From NCBI GenBank assembly GCA_000002435.2, contig CM018790.1: a DNA stretch of 64,000 nucleotides. The stretch is one strand, 5' to 3'. The notes under the pieces are model-generated. The model saw nothing but the letters and a program-made list of their open reading frames with translations, was not told the origin of the DNA and searched no databases. The stretch comes from Giardia intestinalis (Eukaryota). The translations under genes were made by a program, and so were the position numbers. Numbering within the stretch: the first letter of the stretch is position 1; every line of letters starts with the position of its first letter. Shown here piece after piece: positions 9,282 to 20,420 of the stretch.

Positions 9282-12200
9282 TCACTCTTGCTCATTCTTC
9301 ATTGTTTGAAAGTAGAGTCTGCATATGTCCAAATAGCTTTCGACACACCTCGTTGCTTGAGAATTGCACTCCCCGCACAATCGCATTATGGTCAGATGCT
9401 CCTCACTAAACACGATCAATTTTTGCTTTTTACTGAGGTTGAAAGTGCTTACTACGAAGGAGAGTTGAACACTGGGGTCACAGGTGGGGATGGATAGAAT
9501 AATCGCAAGAAATAGGCGTGCAAACCAGTCGTATTTATAAACACGCCTACTAATGTGATGAAGCAGCCTTACTCCCAGCTTCTGGTGTCGAAGAGTTGGC
9601 AATAAGAAAGAATGACACAATCTAGCATATAGGGCACGGCTATACTCCCTATCAGATACTCCTGATACAGGATACTTGACTCCATAGTCTCGGTAAGTGT
9701 ATCCAAAGAGTGCACAGGCTAAGATCCCCAAAGGAATAGAAGCCTCTCTATCTGCCTTCTGTAAAAGAGGGGTAAGCTCGAGACCCAGGAGCCGAACAAG
9801 GCAATCACTTACCGTTTGGCAATCGTCTTTTATACAATGCAAGATCACAGAGCTGAACAGATAAAATCCTGTCTGTGTGTCAAAGACGGCACAAAACTGG
9901 GCCACTATCTTCACTAGAGTTTCAACGACGTCACAGCGGTAACGCCAATCCGAGTTGATAAAGAATGTGTAGCCGGTATCGGGGGAATCCACACACCGAT
10001 ACTGATAGAATGGACCTGCAATTTCAAATCCTCGTTGCCTTGTGTCTACCTCAGTATATGTTAGTTCTGGAAGAGCACAGTGTGATCTGCTGTCCTCTGA
10101 GGCATCCACAAAACCATATAGACCCGTACCTTTTAGAGCCACATGGGAGGAGAATGATACCGGGGTGATAGAAACATATAAGTCTGGTGTGCATTGAAGA
10201 CAGAACGTTCCAGGCATCTGGTCAGCTCTGTTCTCCGCACTTACTTGCCCATGATGAAAGTGCACTTCTTCAGGCAATTGCAGAATATCGTAGTAAATTT
10301 TAATCAATAGCTTAGCAACCCTCAATAAGAAGCTCTGCGTGTCTGCTTGCACCCTACCATATTTAGTAAATGAGTAAAGAAAAACGATTTTGGCATCTCT
10401 AGTGCATTGAGAGGACATTAGAAGAGATTCCAAGCATTGTAGTAGAATCTCCTTGTTCTCCTGCGTGGTATTACGATTGGAGTATATGTCAGGGAGGGCT
10501 GAGATAAGTGAGTGGAGAGTTGACTGGTTGGAGGCTTTGTTTCGTAATGTACTTGTTATAATATTAATAATTCTGTTCTGATAGTCGCGTGAACACGCCA
10601 CAGTTTCGTACACACCCGGAAGCGTGCGTAGAAGGGAAAGCTCGATGTCTTTATATATCGGCTGAGAAATACATAATGTTGAGGGCTTGAGTAACTTCTT
10701 CAAATGGAATACATGATTCTCGGTGAAGTAACTGAACATTTCAAGTGGTGTCCGCGACTGAACTACGCAGTTTCCTGTTTTACTGCCGTGTAGCTCTAGT
10801 ATGGATGTACAGGGCATGCAATCAGAGAAAGGTGAAGTGAAATCGTTTGCAGACGCAGTATTCTCTAAAACTTGTTTGGTGGTCATCCCTTTAGTCAAGT
10901 TTCTTGCAGATGTGACAGCACACGATGGCTTAGTATAAAAGTTCTCCACTATTGGTTCTTCGGGTATATTAGAGAGGTTTCCGTCCAGTGCATTATTCGA
11001 TGGAGAGCTATTTTGGCTTACCGGATCTGTGTCAGTTGTATCTGATCTGCTAGTTGACGACTGCTTGTGTATATCTTTGTCATCTCCCCGTATGAGTATA
11101 GTAAGCATGCTCTTGGATGACTTGATGTGATTGTGTGGTGAAGGAGGTTGTAAGAGAAGCGGATTCCTCCCCACATACCTATCGGTGCTAATCAATCCAT
11201 CCTTAGATGACGCTTTTGAGCCCTCATAATATTCTAACAAGTTTTTATCTATAGACGACTTATCTAAATTTAACGGCAAAGTAATGGTGCTAGACAATGG
11301 ATCTAGTGTCAGGAGATTGCAAAAAAGATTAAATAACAATCGCAGTAAATAGTTTTCCCTTATGATGATACACTCCTCTTCTGAGATAGAGCACCCATTT
11401 GAGATGCCAGCCAACATGAAGCCTAGGTTCCTGCAGGCATTTTGCTGTACTGCAGGCACAAAACTGGTCACAAGCTTTACAAAAGTAAAGACCAGAGACT
11501 TTACCCTTTTTCGGAAAGTAAATGCCCTGCAAAACAATGGCAAGGCTTCTGCACAGAACACTAAGTTGGGTATATTATCCTTTGAATAAAGCCTATTCCT
11601 CACAAATGCAATGACGTCGTTTTGCATACCCTTAGTTGCCACCACAAATGCTTGTCTCGAGCTTCCAGGTTGGCCGGTTTGCGAGTATCGTTTCATCTCT
11701 GTATTCTTTAAGCAAAACGGCTTAGACTTTCTAGCCTGTAAATGTACCACATTAGTTGATAACGAGTGTGGGGGCAGTCCCAAAATGGTGACTTCTGTGG
11801 CATGAGTGTCCAACGACGGATGATTATTGCAAAGATAGGAGCGAAGAGAAAAGCCTTTATTAGTAGTATTATCAGTAGTATTATCAGTAGTGGATACTGA
11901 CATGCAGGGAGCCACGCCAAGTGACTGGCTAGATGGATTATTTCCAGGATAGTCTAAATACTCATGATACTCGGTCTCTGTCTCTGTCTCACCGCTGTGC
12001 TGAGTGGTTGACGAAATAACACGTTGAGAGGGCAAGGAGATAGAGGGACAGTTTGCGGAGCAAACAGTGTACAAAGCTCCAATTTGCTGAGAATGTTGGG
12101 TGAGTTGAGGGGACACGTCCTGTGTCACATCCTGCATCGTACCTTGTTCTTGCTCAGCAAAAGTTACGTAGGAGCTCTGCCTATATGCTATTTCATTGTT

Positions 12201-13916
12201 TTTCTCTAAACTCTCTGAGCGACTATGCCCCGATTTGGCCGTGTATACATAGAGTATTCGCGCCATATTCAAGATTGCCGCACGCTGGATTCTAGGAGAC
12301 ACTATCGTTGATTCTATGTTTTGATAGCTATATTCTGTTACCGGCTTAATTAGGTTACTAAGTTGGGATTGAGAGTAGATAAACTCAGAAGATATCTGTG
12401 TGTCAACAGACGGATCCAGGAAGCGATGCATATCACAGCAAGTTGTGTCTATTATAGCATCATGCTTCATATTGCTCTGCTGGCAATGCTGACACCTTAT
12501 AGGCTTTTGAAACTCCCACAGCCTCTCGGGTGTAAGGTCAAGACGCTGATAAAATGTCTTAGTTAATTCTAAATTGAGAATGTCCCCAAATTCCTTCAGG
12601 AAGGCGCTGTGCAAGGTGCGGTCAGTAGCGATTCTTCCCATGAGGATGAATAGGGCGTTGCACAGAGCAGGGCTAATACAGTATGAAATAGAGTAATGCA
12701 CCATAACGTCAATCAAATTCAAAAGCACATCTTCTAGCTCTGGAAGAGAGCTTAAGATTTTTTTTTCTTGATGGAAAATTTGGCTTTGGGCCTTAACAAC
12801 TCTTGATGTCTCCACACCATACTTTTCAGACCAATTACTATGAAATGACAATGTGTAACAATCGTTCCAGCTGGCATTGTGTGCTATACTTTGTTCGAGC
12901 TGTTCCATGTGCTCATCATCGTCCTGGAGGCAAGCGCACTCGTAGCGACACCTACATCTCAGGGTTGGTGGGTAATTTTCAGTATGGACACCTTTGGAGA
13001 CAACTCCCCCGAAGAGGGAGTGTATGCAACAATAGATATTGGCCTCACTATCGTATTTAAATGTTAAGTTGCAGAAGATTGCCAAGCAACGACAAAACTG
13101 GAAGAAGATCACCTCACGGAACAGCAGTAAGCCCCAGAGCTTTTGGTCAACTGGTGTATCAGCGATAGATGGGAGTGTGTATAGAACTCTAATTATATTG
13201 ATCATAGTATCATAGCAAGGAGTGCTACGAACTATACACTTTAACAGCGGAAATAGGATATTTCGAACTACATAGTCACGCTGCCCAGCTGACAGCTCTG
13301 GGTTTCGCATGAGTGCCTTCGCCATGTCCTCAAAGTGGAAACAAAGTAGATATTTTAAGAGGGAAAGACGTTCATTCGGTAGCAGCTCTCTAGCTTGTAC
13401 CTTACCGAGTGTCAGTGACCGAAAAATACCATCCATAAAGGGGTCTGCCGGCCCAAGAAAGTCCACTGCTCGAGCATCTCTAGCAGAGTCGTCATAAAAG
13501 TCCTCGTCAATTGGAAATACATTGGAACTAACGGGTGACCCGTTGAGCAAAGTTAATGGAACCACATCCTTCTCAGGAAAAAGTCCCTTAAGAAGTAATC
13601 CACAGCGGGTCTCACCTGTCCGAGTACAAGCCATGAGCCGCAACTGCCCCAGAAGGTGGTTAGATATTTCGTTCATGGTCCCAGCTTGCAAAAAAGAGGG
13701 CAGCCAATATATAGAAAGGATGTTGTGGAGAAACGAACTGGAGTGATAAAGAGAACTGAAGTGACTGAGAGGAGAGCTGATCGCTGGGTGGGGGAGTTCG
13801 TAAGTGCGTTGAAGAAGCTGAGCAGTTTCTTGGGTCATTTCCCCGTAGTCCTGTGTGTCTGGTTCGAGATCCAGAAGCTCACTCTCAGGGCTCAAATCGT
13901 CATCAAAGAAATCCAT
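9282..13916 (-). CDS. Large hypothetical protein (1544 aa) with an acidic N-terminus and no recognised domain.
   Basis: Uninterrupted 4.6-kb ORF with a true ATG at 13916. Contains a 12-bp in-frame tandem duplication at 11864..11887 (TTDNTTDN). Confidence 0.65.
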   Translation of the reverse strand: MDFFDDDLSPESELLDLEPDTQDYGEMTQETAQLLQRTYELPHPAISSPLSHFSSLYHSSSFLHNILSIYWLPSFLQAGTMNEISNHLLGQLRLMACTRTGETRCGLLLKGLFPEKDVVPLTLLNGSPVSSNVFPIDEDFYDDSARDARAVDFLGPADPFMDGIFRSLTLGKVQARELLPNERLSLLKYLLCFHFEDMAKALMRNPELSAGQRDYVVRNILFPLLKCIVRSTPCYDTMINIIRVLYTLPSIADTPVDQKLWGLLLFREVIFFQFCRCLAIFCNLTFKYDSEANIYCCIHSLFGGVVSKGVHTENYPPTLRCRCRYECACLQDDDEHMEQLEQSIAHNASWNDCYTLSFHSNWSEKYGVETSRVVKAQSQIFHQEKKILSSLPELEDVLLNLIDVMVHYSISYCISPALCNALFILMGRIATDRTLHSAFLKEFGDILNLELTKTFYQRLDLTPERLWEFQKPIRCQHCQQSNMKHDAIIDTTCCDMHRFLDPSVDTQISSEFIYSQSQLSNLIKPVTEYSYQNIESTIVSPRIQRAAILNMARILYVYTAKSGHSRSESLEKNNEIAYRQSSYVTFAEQEQGTMQDVTQDVSPQLTQHSQQIGALYTVCSANCPSISLPSQRVISSTTQHSGETETETEYHEYLDYPGNNPSSQSLGVAPCMSVSTTDNTTDNTTNKGFSLRSYLCNNHPSLDTHATEVTILGLPPHSLSTNVVHLQARKSKPFCLKNTEMKRYSQTGQPGSSRQAFVVATKGMQNDVIAFVRNRLYSKDNIPNLVFCAEALPLFCRAFTFRKRVKSLVFTFVKLVTSFVPAVQQNACRNLGFMLAGISNGCSISEEECIIIRENYLLRLLFNLFCNLLTLDPLSSTITLPLNLDKSSIDKNLLEYYEGSKASSKDGLISTDRYVGRNPLLLQPPSPHNHIKSSKSMLTILIRGDDKDIHKQSSTSRSDTTDTDPVSQNSSPSNNALDGNLSNIPEEPIVENFYTKPSCAVTSARNLTKGMTTKQVLENTASANDFTSPFSDCMPCTSILELHGSKTGNCVVQSRTPLEMFSYFTENHVFHLKKLLKPSTLCISQPIYKDIELSLLRTLPGVYETVACSRDYQNRIINIITSTLRNKASNQSTLHSLISALPDIYSNRNTTQENKEILLQCLESLLMSSQCTRDAKIVFLYSFTKYGRVQADTQSFLLRVAKLLIKIYYDILQLPEEVHFHHGQVSAENRADQMPGTFCLQCTPDLYVSITPVSFSSHVALKGTGLYGFVDASEDSRSHCALPELTYTEVDTRQRGFEIAGPFYQYRCVDSPDTGYTFFINSDWRYRCDVVETLVKIVAQFCAVFDTQTGFYLFSSVILHCIKDDCQTVSDCLVRLLGLELTPLLQKADREASIPLGILACALFGYTYRDYGVKYPVSGVSDREYSRALYARLCHSFLLPTLRHQKLGVRLLHHISRRVYKYDWFARLFLAIILSIPTCDPSVQLSFVVSTFNLSKKQKLIVFSEEHLTIMRLCGECNSQATRCVESYLDICRLYFQTMKNEQE

Positions 13917-14109
13917 TTAGAGCTTTAAAGATTGATATTTTTGACTCAGAGTATTTTTTAAATGGACACTATTAGTAAGTTGATCTGGCACCCTTGTTTC
14001 TATAATGATAAGAATCTAAGTAGATATATACGTAAATTGTAATTAGCAGCATATCGTTTGCATTCGCTAAATATAGTATACGCCCTTAAAGCCGAAAATT
14101 AAAATTCCC

Positions 14110-15105
14110 ATGACGAAGCCCGTTCTCCGTGTTTGCATTTCCGGTGCTGCAGGCCAGATTTGTTACTCTGTTCTGTTCCGCATCGCAGCTGGAGACATGC
14201 TGGGCTACGATCAGCCCGTCCACATTGTTATGCTTGAGGTTCCTGCCGCCCTAAAGGCAGCCGAGGGTGTGGCCATGGAACTAGTGGACTGCGCGTTCCC
14301 GCTGCTCTCTGGATTCACTCTTACATCAGACAATGCAGAAGCATTTAAGGACGTTGACTACTGTCTTCTCTTCGGTGCATTTCCGAGGAAGGCGGGGATG
14401 GAGCGTGCAGAGCTTCTTTCTAAGAACAAGGGTATCTTCCAGATCCAGGGCGCCGCTATCAATGAGCACGCGAAGCCAACGTGCCGAATCTTGGTTATCG
14501 GTAACCCTGCAAACACAAATGCCCTTGTTCTCTCTACACAACTTACCAAGATCCCTAAGACAAATGTCACGGCCATGTCTCGCCTTGACCACAACAGGGC
14601 AGTGGGCCAGGTGGCTGGAAAGCTGGGTGTCAGGACCAACCGTATCAGCAACGTTTGGGTTGCTGGGAACCACTCCAATACTATGGTTCCGATTGTGGAT
14701 TGTGGAGTGATCTATGATGAGGGCCTTAAGGACAAGCAACCTGTGAAGCCTATGCTTCCAGCGGATTGGATAAAAGGAGAGTTCGTTCCTTGTGTTCGTG
14801 GTCGTGGAACAGCTGTAATAGAGGCTCGTGGACACAGCTCAAGTGCATCGGCTGCTAATGCCGCAATCGATCATGTTAGGGACTGGCACATGGGGACTAA
14901 GCCAGGTGCTTTTGTTTCCTGTTCTCTCCTCATAGAGGAGGGCAACCCCTATGGAATTGCTCCCGGAATATTTTATAGCATGCCGTGCAGCTGTGTTGGC
15001 GGCAAATGGCAGATAGTTAAGCTTGACCTTCCAAAGGATGTTCTGGACGAGATGAAACTCAGTGAAGCAGAGCTGATGAAAGAAGCTGCGGATGCTCTCA
15101 AGTGA
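14110..15105 (+). CDS. MDH: Cytosolic NAD-dependent malate dehydrogenase.
   Basis: N-terminal Rossmann motif VCISGAAGQI and MDH catalytic blocks (IGNPANTNALV, HSNTMVP). AGTGAAT 33 nt after the stop. Confidence 0.9.
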   Translation: MTKPVLRVCISGAAGQICYSVLFRIAAGDMLGYDQPVHIVMLEVPAALKAAEGVAMELVDCAFPLLSGFTLTSDNAEAFKDVDYCLLFGAFPRKAGMERAELLSKNKGIFQIQGAAINEHAKPTCRILVIGNPANTNALVLSTQLTKIPKTNVTAMSRLDHNRAVGQVAGKLGVRTNRISNVWVAGNHSNTMVPIVDCGVIYDEGLKDKQPVKPMLPADWIKGEFVPCVRGRGTAVIEARGHSSSASAANAAIDHVRDWHMGTKPGAFVSCSLLIEEGNPYGIAPGIFYSMPCSCVGGKWQIVKLDLPKDVLDEMKLSEAELMKEAADALK

Positions 15106-15137
15106 CCTGGTTGACCTGCCCACTTGGAGCGTGGTAA

Positions 15138-15144
15138 AGTGAAT
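15138..15144 (+). promoter_or_regulatory. AGTGAAT, putative polyadenylation signal of MDH.
   Basis: AGTRAAY consensus 33 nt downstream of the stop. Confidence 0.4.
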
Positions 15145-15164
15145 GGATGATCTAAAAGGTACAT

Positions 15165-16589
15165 TTACATGAAGTCTCTGACAGCCACTGTGCGTGACTT
15201 CTGAATTCCGCTGATGGGTTCGAGGGTAGATGCTGCAGTAAGCGGATTTTCTAAGTCAACGCCGGCAAAAACTAGCAGATTGGCAGACGAAGAGGGGCCA
15301 AAGAGGCCTCGGAGAGTATCGCCAAAAGCTGCGTAGAGGGGATCATCCACTGATTCTGGAGAAGTATATGCTTTTACTGCCTCAGGACTATAAGTCTGAC
15401 ACAATCCTACTGTTGAAACACAAGTTGGTCCAGAGTAGATCTCGAAGACAAGCATTAAGGTGTCCAGTTCAAGACATACATCTGCTAAAATCGATGAGAT
15501 CAAACTCCGTGCATGAGTGTCTCCAGAAAAAATTAGCTTTGTGGCTCCGACAAGCAAGGGTATTCCAACCCCACCAGCAGCTAAGGCGGGCTGTGGAGAC
15601 GAAGGCTGAGCAGATGAGGATCTGTCAACCAGGTGGAAAGACTCCAAATTTTGGACAGAAATAACAGATACAGAATCATTTGCAGAATCGAGGAGATCAA
15701 TGATACCATTCCCCTGAAAAGATACCGCAGCTAGCTTAGCTGCTAATCTAGAAGTCGTCGTCCCGCCTGTTTGGTCCACCCCACGGGCTCGAAGCTCAGC
15801 CTCTATACTTATCAGCTGCACATTACGTTTCTGGTTGTCACTAATAAACTTTAGGTAGTAGTCTTCTGTGTCAATGCTTCTGTAATAAATTTGACTCAAT
15901 AGTAGGTCCAGTACGGATCCCTGTGTGTTGTCTGCAGTACCAAAAAGTGCCTGGGACCCCAAGACGGTGCCCAAGCCCAGAAATAGAACATTGGTGCCGG
16001 AGTAGATATGAGACCGAAGAGGAAAATTGGCCAATGAATCGTGGATTCTATCAATTGTATAAACATCCGTGATGTCGAAACTCATTGTATTGCTGGAAAA
16101 GAGCCCTTTGAACGGAGCCTTTGAAGATGGTAGAGTGACGGTAACGCTTGAATTCTCTATTTTGACGGGCAACCCATTCGGGGTCTTAAGCTGTGCGTAT
16201 TGCTCCACTGAGACGACAACATTAAGCTTTGCTGGCCCAATTAAGCCATCGAAGGTGTTGGTAAGCACAATGCGCCGCGCCGCTTCCTGAATGAGGCGCT
16301 CTCTTAGAAGTCCGAGTTCTGTTAATAGCTCCTTCATCTCCGTCTTGCTAACAGACGGCGGTAATTTATGGGATTCTACTATCCCAAGAAGATCATTTAG
16401 CCGCCGCTTTATGGCAGCATTTCCCTCGACCCGCTGAGACATTCCCATTATTGCCATGTGAAGTCTGTTAAGAAGCTTGTGTTTTCGGCTTAGCTCTGCT
16501 GTGGAGTGCTCTATTTGGGAAAGTGCTGTCCGCTTCTCCTCTTTTAAGAGCTTGAGTTCTGCTTGAAGCCCCTCAATATCCTGATTCAT
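15165..16589 (-). CDS. Hypothetical protein (474 aa) with an N-terminal coiled coil.
   Basis: Complete ORF with a true ATG at 16589. No P-loop or other diagnostic motif found. Confidence 0.5.
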   Translation of the reverse strand: MNQDIEGLQAELKLLKEEKRTALSQIEHSTAELSRKHKLLNRLHMAIMGMSQRVEGNAAIKRRLNDLLGIVESHKLPPSVSKTEMKELLTELGLLRERLIQEAARRIVLTNTFDGLIGPAKLNVVVSVEQYAQLKTPNGLPVKIENSSVTVTLPSSKAPFKGLFSSNTMSFDITDVYTIDRIHDSLANFPLRSHIYSGTNVLFLGLGTVLGSQALFGTADNTQGSVLDLLLSQIYYRSIDTEDYYLKFISDNQKRNVQLISIEAELRARGVDQTGGTTTSRLAAKLAAVSFQGNGIIDLLDSANDSVSVISVQNLESFHLVDRSSSAQPSSPQPALAAGGVGIPLLVGATKLIFSGDTHARSLISSILADVCLELDTLMLVFEIYSGPTCVSTVGLCQTYSPEAVKAYTSPESVDDPLYAAFGDTLRGLFGPSSSANLLVFAGVDLENPLTAASTLEPISGIQKSRTVAVRDFM

Positions 16590-16699
16590 GCACTGCAGAT
16601 TTTTTGGGGAGAGTTTGTCTTCAGGCTATCTAACAGTGCCCAATGTAAGAGCATTTTCTGTCTAGAGAACTCAGTGAGACCTTCAAATGTATTAACAAT

Positions 16700-17017
16700 C
16701 TAGTCTTCTCTCCATTGATGGGCACATTGGCAGCAGCGATAGAAACGTGACATTGGTTCGTCACTAGATCTTATTTGCATTTGTATCCAAAAGGCATCTG
16801 GAAATGCGCAAACTGGACATGGATTCTGTGTCTTATCGGCTCCTTGCCAAGCTGTTTCGCCTCCCAGGACAGGATCCACAGATTTACGGGTCAGGGTCAA
16901 ACTGCGAGAAATTTGACCACTAAGCGTGTATCGATAAGCACACGTCTTACAGTAAAACTGGACGTCTCCAGAAAGCTCAATAAGGAGTAGGTTTCCGCAA
17001 CAGGGACAGAAGAGCAT
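16700..17017 (-). CDS. POLR3K: DNA-directed RNA polymerase III subunit C11 (RPC11/POLR3K), TFIIS-type zinc ribbon.
   Basis: Near-colinear with human POLR3K: MLFCPCCGN, VLGGETAW, CPVC, QMQIRSSDEPMSRFYRCCQCAHQWRED (acidic hairpin plus C4 ribbon). The track start at 17020 is TTG; the ATG is at 17017. Confidence 0.85.
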   Translation of the reverse strand: MLFCPCCGNLLLIELSGDVQFYCKTCAYRYTLSGQISRSLTLTRKSVDPVLGGETAWQGADKTQNPCPVCAFPDAFWIQMQIRSSDEPMSRFYRCCQCAHQWRED

Positions 17018-17093
17018 CAATGAAATAAAAGCTTTAGGAGCGGTTCAACCCTTTCGAAAGTCGGCCCTTATTGAGCTCGTATACTTCTTTAAT

Positions 17094-20000
17094 ATGAGTG
17101 ATTCATATATTCCCGTCCTGTACACGTTGCAAAAGACCCAGAAAAGGAAGAAGTACTTAGATGGATTCATTTGTATAACAGGCCGAACACTTCGAGTCTT
17201 CGATGAAAAAAAGCGTTTCTTAGACTCTTACACCATAACTACACGGACTACTGTTGATGAAGACTTCCTTGAGCTTTCAAAGTGCCTTTTACAACTTGAA
17301 GATGAGCATCGAGAGCTTTTACACTCTGCTGCTTCTGCTTCGACGCCCGCCCATTCGCATCGTTCACCTCATCCAGTTCAATCTATATCAAAGCCGTCAA
17401 CAGCAACACGTGTCTCCCATAAGACTCGCCCCACTTGCGCTGCACCCCCTGATATGAAGACTAGTTCATCGCAAATGAACAATTCTTTATCGGTGAAACC
17501 AAAGTTTGATGAAGCAAGTATGTCCATTGAGATACCTCCTAAACCTTCCAAGACTGTCCTGACTGACCAATCTGCTCATCTCCATACTTTTCTTTCTGCA
17601 ATCAAGTCACTTATCTTCTGTTCTGGAAAGGTTACCTTCACACCAGTACGTGAGCTTTTGTCATCATTGATTTTTCAGCCCATCTCCTGCGATCTAGCCG
17701 CTCAATACATATCAACAGATAACTCGTGTGCACGCATACTTTATTATTCATTGGTGGCCACGTGGGCTGAGCTTTTGCTTCCTTTGCTGCAGAGCCTTGG
17801 ACAGGGTGGAGACACTCAACCAAAGAGCAACTCTTACAACATCTCCACTTACAAGAATGCAGTAGTTATGCGACGTGCTAATACTGCCAAAGCTCGACGT
17901 TTACAACTCTCTGAGGCAGAGCGCTTGGTCAAGATGAGGCAACTTGATTCCGTCACCCTTAAGCAGCTCCGAGCAGATGCCTCCTCAAATGTTGAGCGAT
18001 CGGACACATGGAAGTTATCTGCTGGTGAAGCCATTGCATACGCAAAAGCAGATCTTTTTGTGCTCGTGCCCCAATCTTGTTTTGTAAAGTTAAAGGATGG
18101 TAGCCGTGCTTCTTCTGGGTCAAGCTATACATGTTATTTTTTCACCGCTGACACTTATCAACCTACAGCTGAGGAGTGTCAAAATGAGCTTTTCATGGTA
18201 CCGTTAAGTGATGTGGGACATTGGCTTTCTAAACCAGACTCACGGGGAAGCAATTTCGCTAAGGACTATGATAGCTTCGGTGCTGTCCTCGAGAAAGTTG
18301 TGGTATTCCACTATGAAGGTTTTCAAATATCTTACACACTTTTAGATACTCTTAATACTGCATTTAGGACTATAAATGAAAACATTGAATTGTCACCTTA
18401 TTCTAGATGGATGCGTGACTCATTTCTTCGCTTTCTACACGCTTCCCACGGTCCCAATTGGAAAGAACTTCGACTCCTTCACGCCCATCTTTCATTTAAT
18501 AATTACTTTAAGTCTGAATTAGACAGTGACGTGATTAGTATAACCGATACTCCGTCTAAGGATTTATTTGCGGAGATAGTAGGTCACAGTAACTATAAGC
18601 AAAAGCCATACTTTACAAGTCTAAATCAGTTTCAACGTGAGGCTTTTGATCTTGTTATTTCTAGATTAACGGGGAAAGATGTTACTGGAGCGTTTATTGA
18701 CGATACAGGGTATTGTAGTTCTCACCTTTATTTGCTTCGTGGGGTATTTGGTAGTGGAAAATCTCGAGTCCTAACGGCGCTTCTCCTGCTGCTCCTAGAG
18801 GCCCTTCCGGAGGCCACGGACTCTTGGGTCTTCAGGCCGCGCATCCTCGTCGTTGCGAACACAAACGTGGCGGTCGACAACCTCCTCCGGCGCCTCGCCT
18901 CTGCAGCTGCAGGGCTTTCTATTGGAGAGCTTCTTCCAAAGGTCGTCTCCCGGGTTGGGTCGGGGATCACGGCCCCCGAGCTCCACGTTTTCGGCGAGCC
19001 TCTGATCGCCTTCGGCGAGCGCCTCGTCATCTTCACGACCTTTGCGTCTCTCAACCGCCTAACAGAGCTGGTCTCCGACTGCGACTACTTCCCCCTCGTG
19101 ATCGTTGACGAAGCCAGCCAGGTAACGGAGCCCCTCCTCCTTTGCGGGCTTGCAGCCCTGCGTTATCAGGTCGATCTGATGCTCTTGGCGGGAGACAACA
19201 TGCAGCTTCCCCCGGTCGCCGCCACAGCCACCCTAGGAGCATCGACCTTCGAGCGCCTTATCGGCCTAACAGAGGGCAAACATTCTCCGCGGCTTTGTCC
19301 GGCGACGACGCTGTGGGCGCAGTACCGCTGCTGCCGCCCCGTGGCAGATCTAGCAGGCGCCCTATTCTACGGCAGACGCGTTTGCACTATGGGCACAGAA
19401 CATCCGCCTGTCGTCAAGGGCCTCCCGCTCTTATCCTCTGTTCACCTTGGAAGCTCTTTTGACCGAACGGTCCGCGGGAGCAGAGAGAATAGTACAGAAG
19501 CCAAGGCAATTGTTCGCCTGGTCACAGCCCTGGTGCTGGACCACAAGGTACCTCCCTCCGAGATCGGAATTATTACTCCATTCCGGGCACAATCAAGTTA
19601 TCTCGAGGGGCTGTTGCGGCGGGCCCTCTCTGTCTTTAAGACAGTGCATGATGAGAAGAGCCTATTAGATGCAGACGGCGCGGAGCCTTCTGAGCTGACA
19701 GGGGTTGGCAGGGCAGCTGAGGAAGTTCAAAGACAAAATTCCCTAACAGACAATACCATCTTTCGATCATGCAGGACTGGCGCTGTATCCCCCCAAGCTA
19801 TACCTAAACTCTCAACTGTATCTGCAGCCACCGTCGATTCTTTCCAAGGAAGCGAGAAATTGGTGATCATCGTGAGCCTAGTGCAAGCGACGGATGGACA
19901 CTTTATTCGTGAGCCAGAAAGATCCGAGCATATCAATTTCCCTAATAGAGTCAACGTGGCCATCACACGTGCGGTTAGCCATCTAATTGTCTTTCAGAGC

Positions 20001-20420
20001 TATCAATTTAGCGGCGATAATCTATCATCCTATTTGAAGAAACTGACATTGAAAGACCTGTCTCTTAGTAGCACTGTGAGCCCCTGGACTAAACTGCTCG
20101 CATATACAACTGATATCGGCCAGTGCTTCATAGGCATAGCTTCTCTCCTTGAACAACTTGGGGTTAAAGAAGTAGAACAGGGTTTACCATTGTTCTCTGA
20201 ACTGACTAGCGCTCAAAAGGAGGATCCACCCACTGTCAACGAGCCACTCAGAAAGACGGCTGCAGTTACCAGTCCGATTAAGTTTGCATCTTCTCTTTCT
20301 GATCAGCTGCTGATAGACATGATTATAGAATGTGCAAGGGACAGGTTTATAGAAGACAAATGTGTTCTTTCCCAGGCAAAAAGCACAGAGCTGCTGCAAA
20401 TTTTAGGGGGCGAATGGTAA
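17094..20420 (+). CDS. Upf1-like superfamily-1 RNA/DNA helicase (1108 aa) with a ~550-aa N-terminal extension.
   Basis: Walker A GVFGSGKS, motif II DEASQ, VDSFQGSEKLVIIVS, and motif VI RVNVAITRA. The 3' 1660 bp lie inside the inverted-repeat arm. Confidence 0.8.
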   Translation: MSDSYIPVLYTLQKTQKRKKYLDGFICITGRTLRVFDEKKRFLDSYTITTRTTVDEDFLELSKCLLQLEDEHRELLHSAASASTPAHSHRSPHPVQSISKPSTATRVSHKTRPTCAAPPDMKTSSSQMNNSLSVKPKFDEASMSIEIPPKPSKTVLTDQSAHLHTFLSAIKSLIFCSGKVTFTPVRELLSSLIFQPISCDLAAQYISTDNSCARILYYSLVATWAELLLPLLQSLGQGGDTQPKSNSYNISTYKNAVVMRRANTAKARRLQLSEAERLVKMRQLDSVTLKQLRADASSNVERSDTWKLSAGEAIAYAKADLFVLVPQSCFVKLKDGSRASSGSSYTCYFFTADTYQPTAEECQNELFMVPLSDVGHWLSKPDSRGSNFAKDYDSFGAVLEKVVVFHYEGFQISYTLLDTLNTAFRTINENIELSPYSRWMRDSFLRFLHASHGPNWKELRLLHAHLSFNNYFKSELDSDVISITDTPSKDLFAEIVGHSNYKQKPYFTSLNQFQREAFDLVISRLTGKDVTGAFIDDTGYCSSHLYLLRGVFGSGKSRVLTALLLLLLEALPEATDSWVFRPRILVVANTNVAVDNLLRRLASAAAGLSIGELLPKVVSRVGSGITAPELHVFGEPLIAFGERLVIFTTFASLNRLTELVSDCDYFPLVIVDEASQVTEPLLLCGLAALRYQVDLMLLAGDNMQLPPVAATATLGASTFERLIGLTEGKHSPRLCPATTLWAQYRCCRPVADLAGALFYGRRVCTMGTEHPPVVKGLPLLSSVHLGSSFDRTVRGSRENSTEAKAIVRLVTALVLDHKVPPSEIGIITPFRAQSSYLEGLLRRALSVFKTVHDEKSLLDADGAEPSELTGVGRAAEEVQRQNSLTDNTIFRSCRTGAVSPQAIPKLSTVSAATVDSFQGSEKLVIIVSLVQATDGHFIREPERSEHINFPNRVNVAITRAVSHLIVFQSYQFSGDNLSSYLKKLTLKDLSLSSTVSPWTKLLAYTTDIGQCFIGIASLLEQLGVKEVEQGLPLFSELTSAQKEDPPTVNEPLRKTAAVTSPIKFASSLSDQLLIDMIIECARDRFIEDKCVLSQAKSTELLQILGGEW

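Noticed and set aside
14326-14835. Antisense and alternative-frame ORFs inside well-supported genes (MDH, helicase, HCMP, CCP and others) listed in the track.
   Set aside because: They are embedded in strongly conserved coding frames on the other strand or frame and are typical spurious ORFs.
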